Shown here: piece by piece, positions 48,995 to 61,569 of the stretch
How positions within the stretch are numbered: the stretch's first letter is position 1
Layout: every line of letters starts with the position of its first letter
Source: Gnetum montanum
Lineage: Eukaryota; Plantae; Gnetophyta
DNA: 64,000 nucleotides
NCBI GenBank assembly: GCA_015680685.1
Contig: MNCI01002028.1
Coordinates: forward strand, 62,001-126,000
Reading direction: 5' to 3'
Made by a program: the position numbers and the translations under genes
The notes under the pieces: generated by a model
The model's input: the letters and a program-made list of their open reading frames with translations, nothing else
Databases searched by the model: none
What the model was told of the DNA's origin: nothing

Positions 48995-51900
48995 CCTAAT
49001 TACACAGTTGCTTTCTAACCCATCGTGGGCTAGGCGAAGCATATGGCCGAGAGGCTTTATTGTGGTATTCTTCAATGTTGTTGTGTACTATCTAAAAAGG
49101 AAACTCAACCCACATAGTTTATTTATTTGAGTTGGAGTTTTTGGCCAGCTCATTAGTTAAGCAAGGGATTTCAACATGAATAGACACTTCACTCTCAAAG
49201 ATTACTACCTTTGAACCCTGCTCCATGTCAATGTTGTTTATGGCTTGGGTAGTCACTTCATCACCGTAGATCACTACCTCCCCACCTGCATAGGATAGGT
49301 GGATCTCTTGATGTACCGGTGAAGAGACATCCCTTAATTGGTCTAACCATGACATCCCCAAGATTAGGTTAAACCCAAACATCTCTTCCATCACAATGAA
49401 CACTACGCTTATGGGGAACTGGTTTCCTACCACAAAGTTAATGTGAACAATCCCTTTTACCACTACACGTGTCTTGTTGAACGATTTTAGGAACAAAGTT
49501 GTCATGGGCTTGATTTGATCAACCAAGCCAAATTTTTCCACTATGGAAAATGGAATGACATTGGTAGTAGCCCCGTCATCAATGTGTACCCTTCAGATCT
49601 TGTACTGACCAACCTAAATTATGATGAACATAGGTGTTGTTGTTACCTGACCCTTTTCAGGATCATCCTTAATGGACTTATCATGAAATGTCAACTAAGC
49701 TAGCCATAGTTCTTCAACCATAGAGGGAAGCATGACAGCTTGGAATGCTTTCTCTTCAACTGGCATGTTTTCACCAACTGGGATGGATGCTAACATGTGA
49801 ACCATGGCCTTGCAATGCACTGTGGAAGTCATTATCAAGTCATATAAGCTCAAAGTTGTATTTTTCTATTTCATGGCCTATTTCACTTGCTTAAGGATGT
49901 TGAGAAGGTCTTGCTTTCCATCTTGTTTTTTTCTACCCCTTTCCTCCCCTATTTGTCTTAGAAGATGGATCTCCCAAGGTGGGGCAGTTCCAAATTGAGA
50001 ACTAGGCTTTCTCAAGCGGGAAGCTAATGATTGTGTGCATGCATTGTCATCAGTTGTTGATGACGAAGGAGCCATGGGCATTGAGACCAAGGGGGTAGGC
50101 TTGGGGGGACCTAACGTAATGTGTTCCTTAGTCATCTTGTCCATTGAATGCTCTTCCCATTTTTTCAAATGGGGAGGCTACAGTGTAGTTTTTGTTGCCT
50201 GACTTTGTGTGGTAGAGGAGCTTGGATGTTTTGGCACCTTAATAACAAATGGTGCCTATTGTGTTGGTGCAGGTAGCGGTGCAAATTTGAGCACAAAGGG
50301 AGAAGGGGTGGATGTTTGATGAGGAACTCTAAGCACAAAGGGTTGCTATGATGTTACTTTTGTTGGCATTTTTGCATTGCGAGGAGGCACACGCACCATG
50401 AATGTTTGTTGTGATGGTTCTAGATTAATATCAATGCCAATAACGTTGATGGTATACCCCATGTTGTTAGCATTTAGGGGGTCTTTTTAAACATGCATTG
50501 ACTAGTTTTTGGGATGAATGGAACTACTTTCATCTAGGACTAGCTTGCCCTAATTGATCATGCATTGAATATCATCTTTCAATGCTAAATAGTAGTTTGT
50601 ATTGTGACCACATAGTTGGTCATAGTCACAAAAATGTTCCAACCTAAAATTTTTTGGAATTGGAGATTCGTTGGGCGTAGCCAAGGAGGGGTTCCACAGA
50701 ACTTTGTAGTACCTTTGATGATGTTTGATTACCTCTTCCTACATCCATTTATGTTGTATACACCATGCTCCCAATAGTTGCTTCAAAAGTTCCAAAGGCT
50801 TAATGGGTAAGAAGGTATACTTGGAGTGATCTTTGCACTCAATGTTGGGCCTAGGCTAGGTTGGTGCCTCAGGTGCTAATGTTGAGGACTGATCAATGTT
50901 GCTTAAACTAGGTGTGGCATTGGGTGTTGTGGTCAACTTCTTGTTATTATTGTTATTGGGCTTGGTCTCGTTGGCTACAATGGCCACTGTGGTTGTTGTG
51001 GCCTTGCCCTTCTCTTTGTCTTTCTTGATATGTGCATTTTTGTATGTGACATAGGCCGGGTCCTTGCTAACTTCATTTGCATCTTGGATACTCTTAGTTT
51101 GAGAAAAGGCTTGGCTAAGGGAGCATAGAGCTAATTAATAGAGCTTAGGCTTAATGAAGTCATTTACTACTCCCTTAAAGATGGCCAACAAGTGGGCCTC
51201 AGTGATAGGCTCATGTACCTCATTCAAGGTTGCGCTCCACCACTATATGAATCTCTGCATAAATTCTAGCATGTCTTGCTTGACACTCATGAGCTAGTCT
51301 AGTGTGACCTCTAGTTTTAGGTTGTATTTGAAACAGGTCATGAACTGACTTAGCAACTCTTCTAGGGTGGAGATGGAGGCACATGGGAGTGTGTAGTACC
51401 AATCCAAAGCTTTACCTATCAGAGACATGGCAAAGACATGGATGATAGTGTGTGGCCATGGTTGTAGCAGAAGATATTCAAACCTGAACGTTACCAAGTG
51501 CACGTTGGGATCACCCTCCCCGTTGTATTTTGTAAATTGGGGAAGTGGCACCCTAGGGGGCAACGTGAGCATAGGCACAACTGGGCTGATAGGGTTGTCA
51601 TGGTAAAAGATCATGACCTGTATAGTTTTAGAACTAGCAGCTTTAAGCTGTTTGATTTCTTCAATTAGGGTCTTGATGAGTTGGAAATCTTGATCAAGAC
51701 TCAAGGATGTTGTAGATGGTTGTGGGGCTGCCTGAGCAACCATCATGTGCGACACTATTGGGGTGGTGACCTGTCCCATGGGAGGCATTGTTGGAGCCAC
51801 TCCAGCAAGCGGTGCTGCTTAGGTGGTCCACCACCCAATGGGTGGTGTAGTTGGGGCAGTGGCCATTGGTGGTGTGTGGGGTTGGCTACTTGCCCAATTG

Positions 51901-52780
51901 GCAACGCGGCCCACAACCTTGTGTTTGGTTGCACCACCTATGGAAACTGGTACACTTGGACATAATGGGATGCTTGAGAGGGTTGCGCAATAGAGAGAGA
52001 AGTGGCTAGTATCCACCATGCTATTGAGACTGGGTCTACTGCTAGTGGTGGAATGGATGCAAATGAGAGAAGAGGAGAGAAATTGATGTGTGATTGTAAC
52101 ATGGCAGAGTGTGCACATATGGTAGCGTAGCTATGACTAATGTTGGGTACAATGTTGAGATAGAATGGGAAGGGAGAGTGGTTGAAAATGAAGTTGAAGG
52201 GCCCACTTGCTAGTATGTTGAAGGTATAGGATGGCTGCCCATGGTTGACGAGGGTGTGGGCTGTAGGAGGGTTGTGGCAACCACAAAGCGGGTAGAAGAG
52301 AAGAGTGGGTTTGACTGGAAGACCGCGGTGGAAAGGATAGCTGTGGTATAGATCTAGCCACCACCTTCGGAGTGGGAGTCTAATTCTTCCTACCCATCTT
52401 GGAACACTTCATCATAATGGGATGCTATGTCTTGTTCCCTAGACCTACTCACTTGCATCAGCTAGTTTAACATCCATTGATATGCTTCAGTTAGTGGGAT
52501 GGTGAAGTTAGGAGTAGGGATGGACTCCCTCCCATTCCGGTGGAGGAACTCAAAGTTATGTTTATCCTCAAGTTCCTAGTAGTCCAAGGGTAGATTTTCT
52601 TAGAATTTTGCATAGAGAAAATCATATCGCTCTACATCTTTCATCTAGCACTCAATTGATAGGTGTCGTAGCCTAAGCGACTATCGTGGTGCCAGCACTG
52701 GGCTAGGCGATCACTTAAGACCTATCACATGTTGGATAGAATAGGGGACATCTAGGTCTAAGGTGGGAATGGCAGTGGTT
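48995..52780 (-). pseudogene. gag: Element A gag-protease ORF (degenerate; 5' limit approximate)
   Basis: FTKYNGEGDPNVHL, AMSLIGKALDWY, CDYD..CGHNTNY knuckle, PFVLRVP repeats, protease HIDDGATTNVI and FNLILGMSW. Confidence 0.9.
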
Positions 52781-53138
52781 TCGAGAATCATTTAATGGTG
52801 TAAAAATGAAAACTGTAGAAGACAGAAAGGTTGAAACTGGGTACATTGGGGAATGTCAAAAGCTAGCTTCCTTCACTACTATGCCTACTACACTAAGTAG
52901 GACTGTTATGATGAGGGGTTCACTATGCCACACAAGATGTAGGTAGTGTAGTGTAGTTAATAAAGTAATCATGATATAGTAAGCGGTTGGAGGCTTTCAT
53001 CCTACCGAGTTCTAGAGGAACTATTGTTGCAACTAGTTTGCACCTCACAATGCACAGAAAACCACAAGAATGTCATGTCTACACCAATGGGTAATGCGGT
53101 ATAGATAGCATGAAATATTACCCATGATATGTAGAAAG

Positions 53139-53157
53139 GGCCCTCCTTCTAGTGCCA
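53139..53157 (-). other. Primer binding site (tRNA-Asn) of A
   Basis: Minus strand TGGCACTAGAAGGAGGGCC, 6 nt from the LTR end. Confidence 0.85.
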
Positions 53158-53163
53158 AGAAAC

Positions 53164-55436
53164 TATAGTGACCGAAAACATTGGTGGTTGGAACACTGAG
53201 AGGGCACTAGGTATATAGCCTAACCCCAAATCTGTGCAAGGACCGTGCTGGAGTAAATAGAAGTGGGGTGCCTTGAACGGTCTGGTCGATCAGATAGGGA
53301 CTTAATCAACATACAATAACCTTTCGTAAGTGATCATTTTAGAGATGTTATGTGCAAGTTAAGTGATGAGAGACAAGCATAAATTAATGTAGAATAATGA
53401 AAAATACAATAATAGCAAAACAAATGAAATAGGCTTAAGTGAGAAGGTGCACCGCCCCAAGATCATGGGATCTAATCCTTGCTTGGCTTAAAGTGTACAA
53501 CTGATACACAGTATAGGCAGGCATAGCTTACAACAAAGCGGTATGGTCACAGCTCCTTGAACTGCTATTGATAGCTTTCTAACAGGGACATGATGCTTGC
53601 TAGTCTGCTTGCCAAAGCTAATCGCCAAAGAGCCAAAATGCCAAAATGCCAATCTTAAAAGCCAACCATAGGAAAGATGATTTCAAAATCCAATGATGCA
53701 AAAGCCAATGATGCTCCAAAAAAATCCAACCCCTTGAACATTATTTGCTGAGGTATTTATAGGGCCATATGTAGGAGAAAAATGTGGTTTGGATGCCACG
53801 TGTCTTGGGTTCCATAGAGTGCAAATGTGACTGTGCCAAGCTACTGTGTGATGCTGTGTTACAGTGTCACATTAGTGTGCTACGCTGCAGTGTGATGAAG
53901 CTTGTTATATTGTGACCATACCATTCAAGCTACATGTTCCAAAATCTAGTAGACTATCATGTTTGTTACAGAGAATGCCAACAATGAATGCAAAGTGGAG
54001 CCTATGCTCCAGGACTATGTCTTCCCTGCTCTGGAGAGCAAGGTCACGCATAAGGACAACTTTGGGGATAGTCAGGGGGTTCAAAACAAAAGAAAACTTG
54101 CTGATCTTGTTCGTTGAAGAAATGCCGAGATGGAAGTGACCATCACCAATAAGCTCTGGGGCTACCCAAGATGTCTTGGGGCTTCCACGCAAGTGTTATG
54201 CTATTTACACTACCCGCGTATCGGCATAGCGTCAACACCTGCATGCTACACTGTGCTACGCCGCATAGTGTAGCATAGCATAGCTGCTAGCCATGAAAGC
54301 AATCTTGCCTAAAAGCCAAGAATACTTGTTTGAGGCCTGACTAGGCAAGCAATTGTAACCTTTTCTTTCATGATGAAAGGTCCTGGGACCTGCAGAGTTC
54401 ATCCTTGGGACACTTTAGTGCTTCGTATCCCTGCTATGCTATGCTACGCTATGCAGCGTAGCACAACGTAGCAACCAGTGTGACATGAATTCATGTCTGA
54501 TCTACAATGCTTTTTCAAGAAACTTTTCTTGGGGCCCTAGGACGAAGTGGGATAGGTAGTCTTGGAGGCCAAAATGTAGCCAAGTGCAATCCTCTTGATG
54601 GAACCACTTGGTAGAGGACATTCATGCATTCTATCCTTGCTACACTGTGCTACGCTAGCATCTAGTTTGGCTCAAATTCTAACTTATTTTGTAAACATTT
54701 TGTTACAAAATGCCAATCATTTTCTAGAATGGTAGTAGAGCAAACTTCTTTGATGGTTGAAGCATGGGCAAGTAGGCTTACTCCATCAGAGCCATCTGAG
54801 TAGGGGTATTGTCAGATTACATCCTTGGTATGTTGTGCTACGCTCCATGGAATAGCATAGCGTAGAAATCAAATGAAGAGGATTCTTCAAAAAGCTTGCC
54901 ACATTTTGCTATTTTATGTTTCTCATGCATAAGGATGAAGTGGGGAAGGTATTCCAGGGGACCAAGTCATTGTCAATTTTCATCTTTTGTGCTCAATCAG
55001 TCTTCTTGAGGCCTGCTACGCTATGAAGCATAGCGTAGCAAGTCTTGTAGTTAGAGAACATGTTGAACTATTTCACTCATCTTGAACACTTTGGGCAACT
55101 CCTAGCATGGTCCCTAGGTAGACCGTCAATTAAGTCAAGTGTCAAGATGGGCAGGCTAGAGGGTGTAGAAAAGCTATCAACCTAGGAGATAGAAAATTTG
55201 TCCGACTGTATGGTCTACCCCTAGTGCCTCTTTCATGCAAACTAGCCTTGTGGCTAGGTGCCACATTGACTGTGCTACAGAGGTTGACAGGCAAGCTTAG
55301 AAGCAACATTGCAAGAATTAGGACTTTTGGGGTGCCATGTCGTCTACATGGTCCATCATGACATCATGCTTGTAGAAATATTGCAAAAATTTTGGGACTA
55401 CTAAATCAAGAGAGTTTCAAAATTTATGGTGTTTCA
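53164..55436 (-). repeat. Element A 5' LTR
   Basis: Aligns with 155-2413; flanked by TSD TCTCC. Confidence 0.95.
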
Positions 55437-55960
55437 TCTCCCTTGGGCATAGATCCCAAGAGTTCCTCTTATTTCTGATCTAAGTCCATCTATGATATGG
55501 CATAGTTGTTCGCACTGAGAATAACCATGGCTAAGGCATTAGTGTATGAGAGAATAGTATTTGCCCATGAAGATGTCCAAGGCCTCATGGTTTACTTGCT
55601 TTCATCCTTTGATCTACCTTCTTAGATTAGACACTTTAAAGTATCTATGATAGCTATCATTAAATAACTCTAGCATTATATTCCACTTGCAAATGGAATC
55701 TAGCTCCAAGGACCAATACTAGCTTTCTATTTCCTTGATGAATGTCCTAGGAAATAGATTTAAATTCTACCAATATTTTTTAATATTTTTTAAGGAAAAG
55801 GCATTATGAAAAGTTTGAAGATATGTTTGTGGATTAGAGTTATATCCCCTTCAAATTTGGGAATATTATTTATATCAAGTCATCTAATTTGACTATGTCT
55901 TACATGCCTGGTTGGAATTTTTATGACCTCTGCAATATTTAGCATGCTTTGAGTTGACAA
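55437..55960 (-). pseudogene. gag: Athila-like gag (retrotransposon gag domain) remnant, the target of element A
   Basis: Minus-strand PKFEG..NPQTYLQTF, YWSLELDSICKWNIMLELF, KQVNHEAL..., CLSHGYSQCEQLCHIIDGL follow the Athila gag pattern. Confidence 0.7.
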
Positions 55961-56888
55961 AAAATGCTCATCATCATCATTATTTTGATGATGTCAATGA
56001 TTTCCTCTACTACCCCTTCATTCATGATGGGGCCTAGTGATCATCATTATTATCCTATTGTTCTCCTTCATCACAATTGTTCTTTCTACAATGTTTATTG
56101 GAACCAAAAGAGGAAGAAAAATATGTAGATGAAGAGGGTGAAGAGGGAGGAGGACTGTCACCACCATGGTGTCTACCAACTCCTCTATCATTACCACAGC
56201 CATGTTCATCAGTTTTCTTATCATCTTAAAACTTGTCTCAGCCATTGCCATAACTTCCATTTTAAATTGAACTTGCATTGTTCATAGTAAACTGTAGATT
56301 TAGGGTCACACCCCCATAACCAATAACAAAGGGTGGAGAATCTTCATGTTGAAAACCCCTAGAGGGAGGATCCTCATTGTCATTTCAGTTAAGTAGGAAT
56401 AAGGAATTGGGGAACCATTTCCCCTTCATAACCTCATGATGCTTCTCCTAGTGTCAATCTTTTTTGCGTTGTGTTTTAGTGGGATGATAGTCCTGGTAGT
56501 CATAATCATGAATAATGTACTTATCTTGAAAATCTTAGATGCCCAACCTCCTAAGGGTTTGAACAAACATCCTAAGAATATATCAATTAGAAGGCATTAA
56601 AATTTTTCCTTCCATATCTTTCCATCGTAGTTGTTCATCTTAATGCAGGACGAAGGTGAAGTCAGGCACATACTCATTTGGATGAGTATGCACCACCTTA
56701 CATTCTTGAGCGACTAGTGATATAGTATCATTGCACCTATGAGAATAAGAAATTTTGCAATATAATTAAGATACCATTGTGCTTATGTGATTATTTTTAT
56801 TATGAGAATGATTTTTGACCTTAGGGTTTGTCTGAGATGTTAATGATGTTCACTAAACCTGGATAGTGCACATTTCAAATAAAAAGAG

Positions 56889-56906
56889 TCCCTAGCAATG
56901 GCACCA
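56889..56906 (-). other. Athila-type PBS (tRNA-Asp)
   Basis: Minus strand TGGTGCCATTGCTAGGGA is a transition-decayed TGGCGCCGTTGCCGGGGA, 1 nt after a CA LTR end. Confidence 0.7.
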
Positions 56907-56907
56907 A

Positions 56908-57936
56908 TGATAAGTGGCAAGCAGTCCTATGCTCAACCATATGAATTACTAAGTGTTCACATAGGATCTAGTCAAATTCTATGAACTCTATGTCTTACGA
57001 AACACTAGCTTTTAGGAGGTGAACTTACCCTAAGTATCATTCGTTGTCTTCTCAATTACACTTGTGATGTACAAAGGTATGGTTAAGTGTAATCAAAGAA
57101 TATTATTTTTATTATTTTATGTTTTATTTTCCTAGTGCTTTAAAATAGAAAAATTAAGTAATTTAATAGCTAATTTGATTTAATTAATTAATTAATCTCT
57201 AACTAATCCTAACATAAGTATCCAGTCCCACTTTCTGTACACATCCTGAATGCATACAATACTATTGGACTACCAAGCGTTAAGCGCTACTGGGATTACC
57301 AAGTGTTGTATGTTATGCTTAAAGTGGTCATACTTATGTGTTTAATCTATCTAGCTTAATCACATAATTAATCAATTAAAGTCTAGTTTAGCTTAATTAA
57401 TTACATAATTAATGAAAACAATAAATGTAGAAATAAATCATTAATCTATTCCAAGTTCTACAAGGTTTGATCAAAAGGCTCATCTTTATTGCTGTTCACA
57501 CTAGTGTGCCTAGGTACATTAGTGCTCAAACAAAGATCTATACACTTTTTGACTTTTGATGAAAGAACTTAGGAAATATTCCAACTCTCAAATGAAAAAA
57601 TTACAAGAGCTCTACTACAACTATGACTTTACTTTCCATAAACATGCCTAGTGAATGCATATTTATAGAATTTATTGTGGAGCTATGTTGATGGGACCCC
57701 ATAAATACAGAAAAAACTATGTTAATGCGACCGCATCGATGGGAAACACCATGTAGATGGGGCCACATTGACAAGGGTCCATTGATGAGGCCACATCAAT
57801 GGAAACCTGTCGACATGACACTTTGACACTCATCAATATCAAAGAATTAAGAAATTGAAAGGTATAAAAGAAAAGGAAAATATATCAAGAGAGTGAAAAA
57901 AGTAATAAGATGGTGAAAATTTCTAAAGGTGCCTAC
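56908..57936 (-). repeat. Probable 5' LTR (partial) of the Athila-like host element, interrupted by D
   Basis: Ends with CA next to the PBS; AT-rich non-coding; partner LTR not in the window. Confidence 0.5.
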
Positions 57937-59374
57937 TGAAACACCACAAAATTTTATATGTTATGGCCAAGTTTCATCATGTAGCTTTCACCCCATGAAG
58001 CCTAAGGTAAAACTTCATTGTAAATGTAAATATTGTAATCCATGAGGGACAATATTACATATTCCATACTTTTGGGGCTAAAAATTCCTCATAAGTAGTC
58101 AAAGCATCATTCTCCAAGTGAAAAAAGTCACCTAGTGTCTATATTTGGACTCGGTTTTTTTTTGGGGGGGAGGGGTTATACATTTTTTTCTATGATAGAA
58201 ACACTTTAGGAGGGGTGGTAAATATTACCTACCCCTAGCATGAAGGAAATGGGGGTTTCCCTTTAGCTTGAAAACTCCCCCACCCCCTCCCCCAATGTAG
58301 AAACTGCATGTCCCCAATGTGGAAGTCACAAGACAACATTTCATCACTCCATGCACTCCAATGTTAACCAACCACTTCAATAAGGATGGAAAAAGGCTCA
58401 ACATGGAAGATCTATCTTCAACGTAGAATATGTGAATTTTTTTACTATTTATATTAAATAAAATGGCCATGGGGAAAAGGCACTTACTATATATGGTTAT
58501 CCCCCAAATTTAGGCACCCATATTACCTACACAAGGTAGAAATTTATAGCAACTTGGCAACCATTTTGCAACCAAATCATAGCCATTTTATAGCCTCATT
58601 CATGGTCTAAGACCTATAAAAAACAACCTCAAACACCATTTATAGGTACAACACTTTTTCAATCCTATACTACTTGCATTAGTCACACAATTTTTACACA
58701 ATTTAGTAATGTGTTCATAGTTCTACACTTGGGCATTCTCAATAACTCAAGAGTTCTTACAAGTTTCCACACTTGTATTCTCTTGAATCCAACATGTAAA
58801 CCTTGTGACCTTATATCCTCCTTTGGGATTTGTAAATTTTCAAGCTCCAAGCTACACTCCTAGGATTTCCAACTCCTAACGTAGAGCACTTGGAAACTTG
58901 TATTCTTCACACTTCTCAACCCTTATCATAACCAACATTACAGATCTAAAATAGTAGCACCAGAGGTTTGATAGCATTGGGAGTGGAAGGACATTCAGCT
59001 TGTGGAGTTGACTACATCGACTTTAACGAATCCTAAATCCTCATTCAGGTGAACCCTCCTACTGTCCACTTCGGCACCATTTGTACACATTTTTCTAACT
59101 TATTCTTTATTCTTTCTCAATAAAGTTTTAAGTTCTAGGTTTTGTATGCAAAATATATTAATTTATTTTCTATGCATTATTTAGATCTATTATTAGTTTT
59201 AACATTATATTTTTACTATCTTGTTTTCAATTTCGTAGGTCCTTGGTTGATTTGTTGAACCAATCAAGGCACCCAAAATCCCATTTTTTCTAGAGGGCTT
59301 GGGGATTTGTGGGCTTAGGACTACTGCACTAGATCCATCAATCTTTCTAGCAATTGATTTTTCTAGTTACAATA
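57937..59374 (+). repeat. Element D 5' LTR
   Basis: Family-type 5' terminus; ends before the GTTTTCT spacer and PBS, as in A and C. Confidence 0.8.
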
Positions 59375-59381
59375 GTTTTCT

Positions 59382-59400
59382 TGGTGCTAGTAGAAGGGCC
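59382..59400 (+). other. Primer binding site (tRNA-Asn-like, degenerate) of D
   Basis: TGGTGCTAGTAGAAGGGCC. Confidence 0.7.
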
Positions 59401-61119
59401 TCCACCCGATTTCTATGTCTAATGTTGTAACAATAATTGCCAATGTTGCTTATCATCCTAGAATTTGCAATTTTTTGCTTCAAAACCTTTGAATTTTTAC
59501 ATTAAATAACATTGTAATCCTTCCCCCTTACAATCAAAGCTTAGCATGTAAGTTTTAGGTGTTTCGATTTTCAAGATTTTCATAGCAGTTACTATGAATT
59601 TCAAAGCCAATTTTGGAATTCCATCAAAACCTTCAAAAGATCAACATTCTCCCTTCCTCCTTGTGACCAAAACTATAGAGTGAAAGTTGTAGGTAATTGG
59701 GTGGTGACATTTTATAGTATTTTCTATGAATTTTTTATCCCCAAAGCCAATGTTGAAACCTTCCCCCTTTCTTTTTTGTTGTCAATTTTAATTTTTCTAG
59801 TTTCTAAAGATGATGGTGCAGTCCTTCCAGAAATTACCAGGCTTCTAAAAGCTAGCTTTTCCCCCCATTTTTTCAAGTTGAGAAAATTGGAATCTTGCTA
59901 AAACCAAGTTTTATTGGAAAAACCCAAACTTTCCACTTTGTTTTTTAGCCTTCCCCTCATCAACATTGAGTTAGAAGGTGTGAGATTTCCATCATCTCAT
60001 CCCCCTTCTTTCCCCTTTTACCATACCTAGCATAGAGGTAGTTAGGAGGCCAATGTGGGTGAGGCTTAATACCAAATTTGCTAGCTTTTCATTTTTGGTA
60101 AAGGGATAAATGTCCCTTAGCCCCACTTACTAATTACAGTAAGTATTTTGTTTTTAGTTACTTTTGCTTCCTTTTAAATTTTTTTGAATTCTTCTTGTTG
60201 GAATTCCCTTTTTCTTTTCCATTTATTGCCTATTTCAAGCCATTTTTAACAAAATAGACATGTCTTTCCAATAGTCCATCAAATTTTCCTTCACCCTCAC
60301 TATTGAAGGTCCTAGCCAACAAGAAATAAGGGTCTATGATCCCAAAAACCCTACAATCATTAAGTGTAGGTGGTCTTTGAGGGTCGGAGGGGAAAGTACT
60401 AACTTTACCTCCATAAATGAAGACCATTATCACTAGATTTGCACCAAAATGTAGGTTGGCCTCATGATCCCACATGTAGAAGTAGAGATAAAAAGGAAGT
60501 TTGAGCTTGTACATTGAGATGGAAAAGAGTATGTCCCTTCCCTATAAAACCAAATACCTGTAACTGATATCTATGCCAACATCCTAGCTTAATTCATTGT
60601 GATGGAAGAGAAAGATGAAAATCATAGCTTAGAAAAATAAAAAGAGAAGAAGGATGAATTTAGGATGGAATCTAAGCCCGAAAAAATCCTAGAAGTATTA
60701 TTCCAATAAAAATATTCCAAGGTCATAGTTCCTTCCTCTAATGCTTTTTTTTTCTCTATGGGCATGGTGCCACCATCTTCTACCATGGCTAGTTCCACAC
60801 CAGTCATAGCCATACCTCAAACACAACCAATGATTAATAACCAAAAAAATTTAACCAAGAAAAGGAAGAAGCATAAGGAAAAGCTTGGTAATAGGGGTGA
60901 CAAGTAGATGGAGGCATGAAATGAAGTGGAGCCACTGAAGCCCACTCCCATTTTAGCTATGCCCATGACCTCCTCTGCCCAACTCGCTCCAACTAACAAG
61001 CCACAAGAGGACATCAAAGCCCATAACCAAAAAGCCTTTCTTTTTCTTTAGTCATGTTATAAACATCAAAAAATCCTTAAAACATAAAATCACTAAAAAA
61101 TATAGGTTTCTCTTCAACG

Positions 61120-61260
61120 TGGCCCACTATGGCCTTAAACTGGCACCACGGCCCACCATGGCCTTAAACTAGCAAAGATAATCACACAACAAGGTTTGTT
61201 ATGGCCTTAAACTAGCAATACAATATAACTGGTGACTCTAATGGCATATAACTAGTGAAT
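61120..61260 (+). repeat. Hairpin-TAAACTRG motif array in D
   Basis: GGCC-CACTAT-GGCC-TTAAACTGG, GGCC-CACCAT-GGCC-TTAAACTAG, GGTT-TGTTAT-GGCC-TTAAACTAG. Confidence 0.85.
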
Positions 61261-61569
61261 ATCTAATTTATTATTATACCTCTTTTTTTAGCCTATTATC
61301 ACATCAATTAGCCATCTAATTTTATAGCCAAAAAATATCAATCTAGTCATTCAGAACATTCACAACATTTACAATGTTTACTATAACAATATGTATAGCC
61401 AAAAATAAAACCAAAATTTTAAATTTAAATTTAAGGTGTCCATAACATACATAGTCATGGCCACACTATGTGGAAAAAGTGTCAAAAAATAATAATAACC
61501 ATATACAACATAGTCTTCCTTAATAATAGCCATCAATATGAAAATAAAAAAAAATAGCCAACAAACTAG

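Larger units (their letters stand above)
155..55436 (-). mobile_element. Element A: full-length Ty3/gypsy Tat-lineage LTR retrotransposon containing nested elements B and C
   Basis: Paired LTRs 155-2413 and 53164-55436; identical 5-bp TSD TCTCC at 150-154 and 55437-55441; PBS, PPT, gag-PR and RT-RH-aRH-INT remnants all on the minus strand. Confidence 0.95.
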
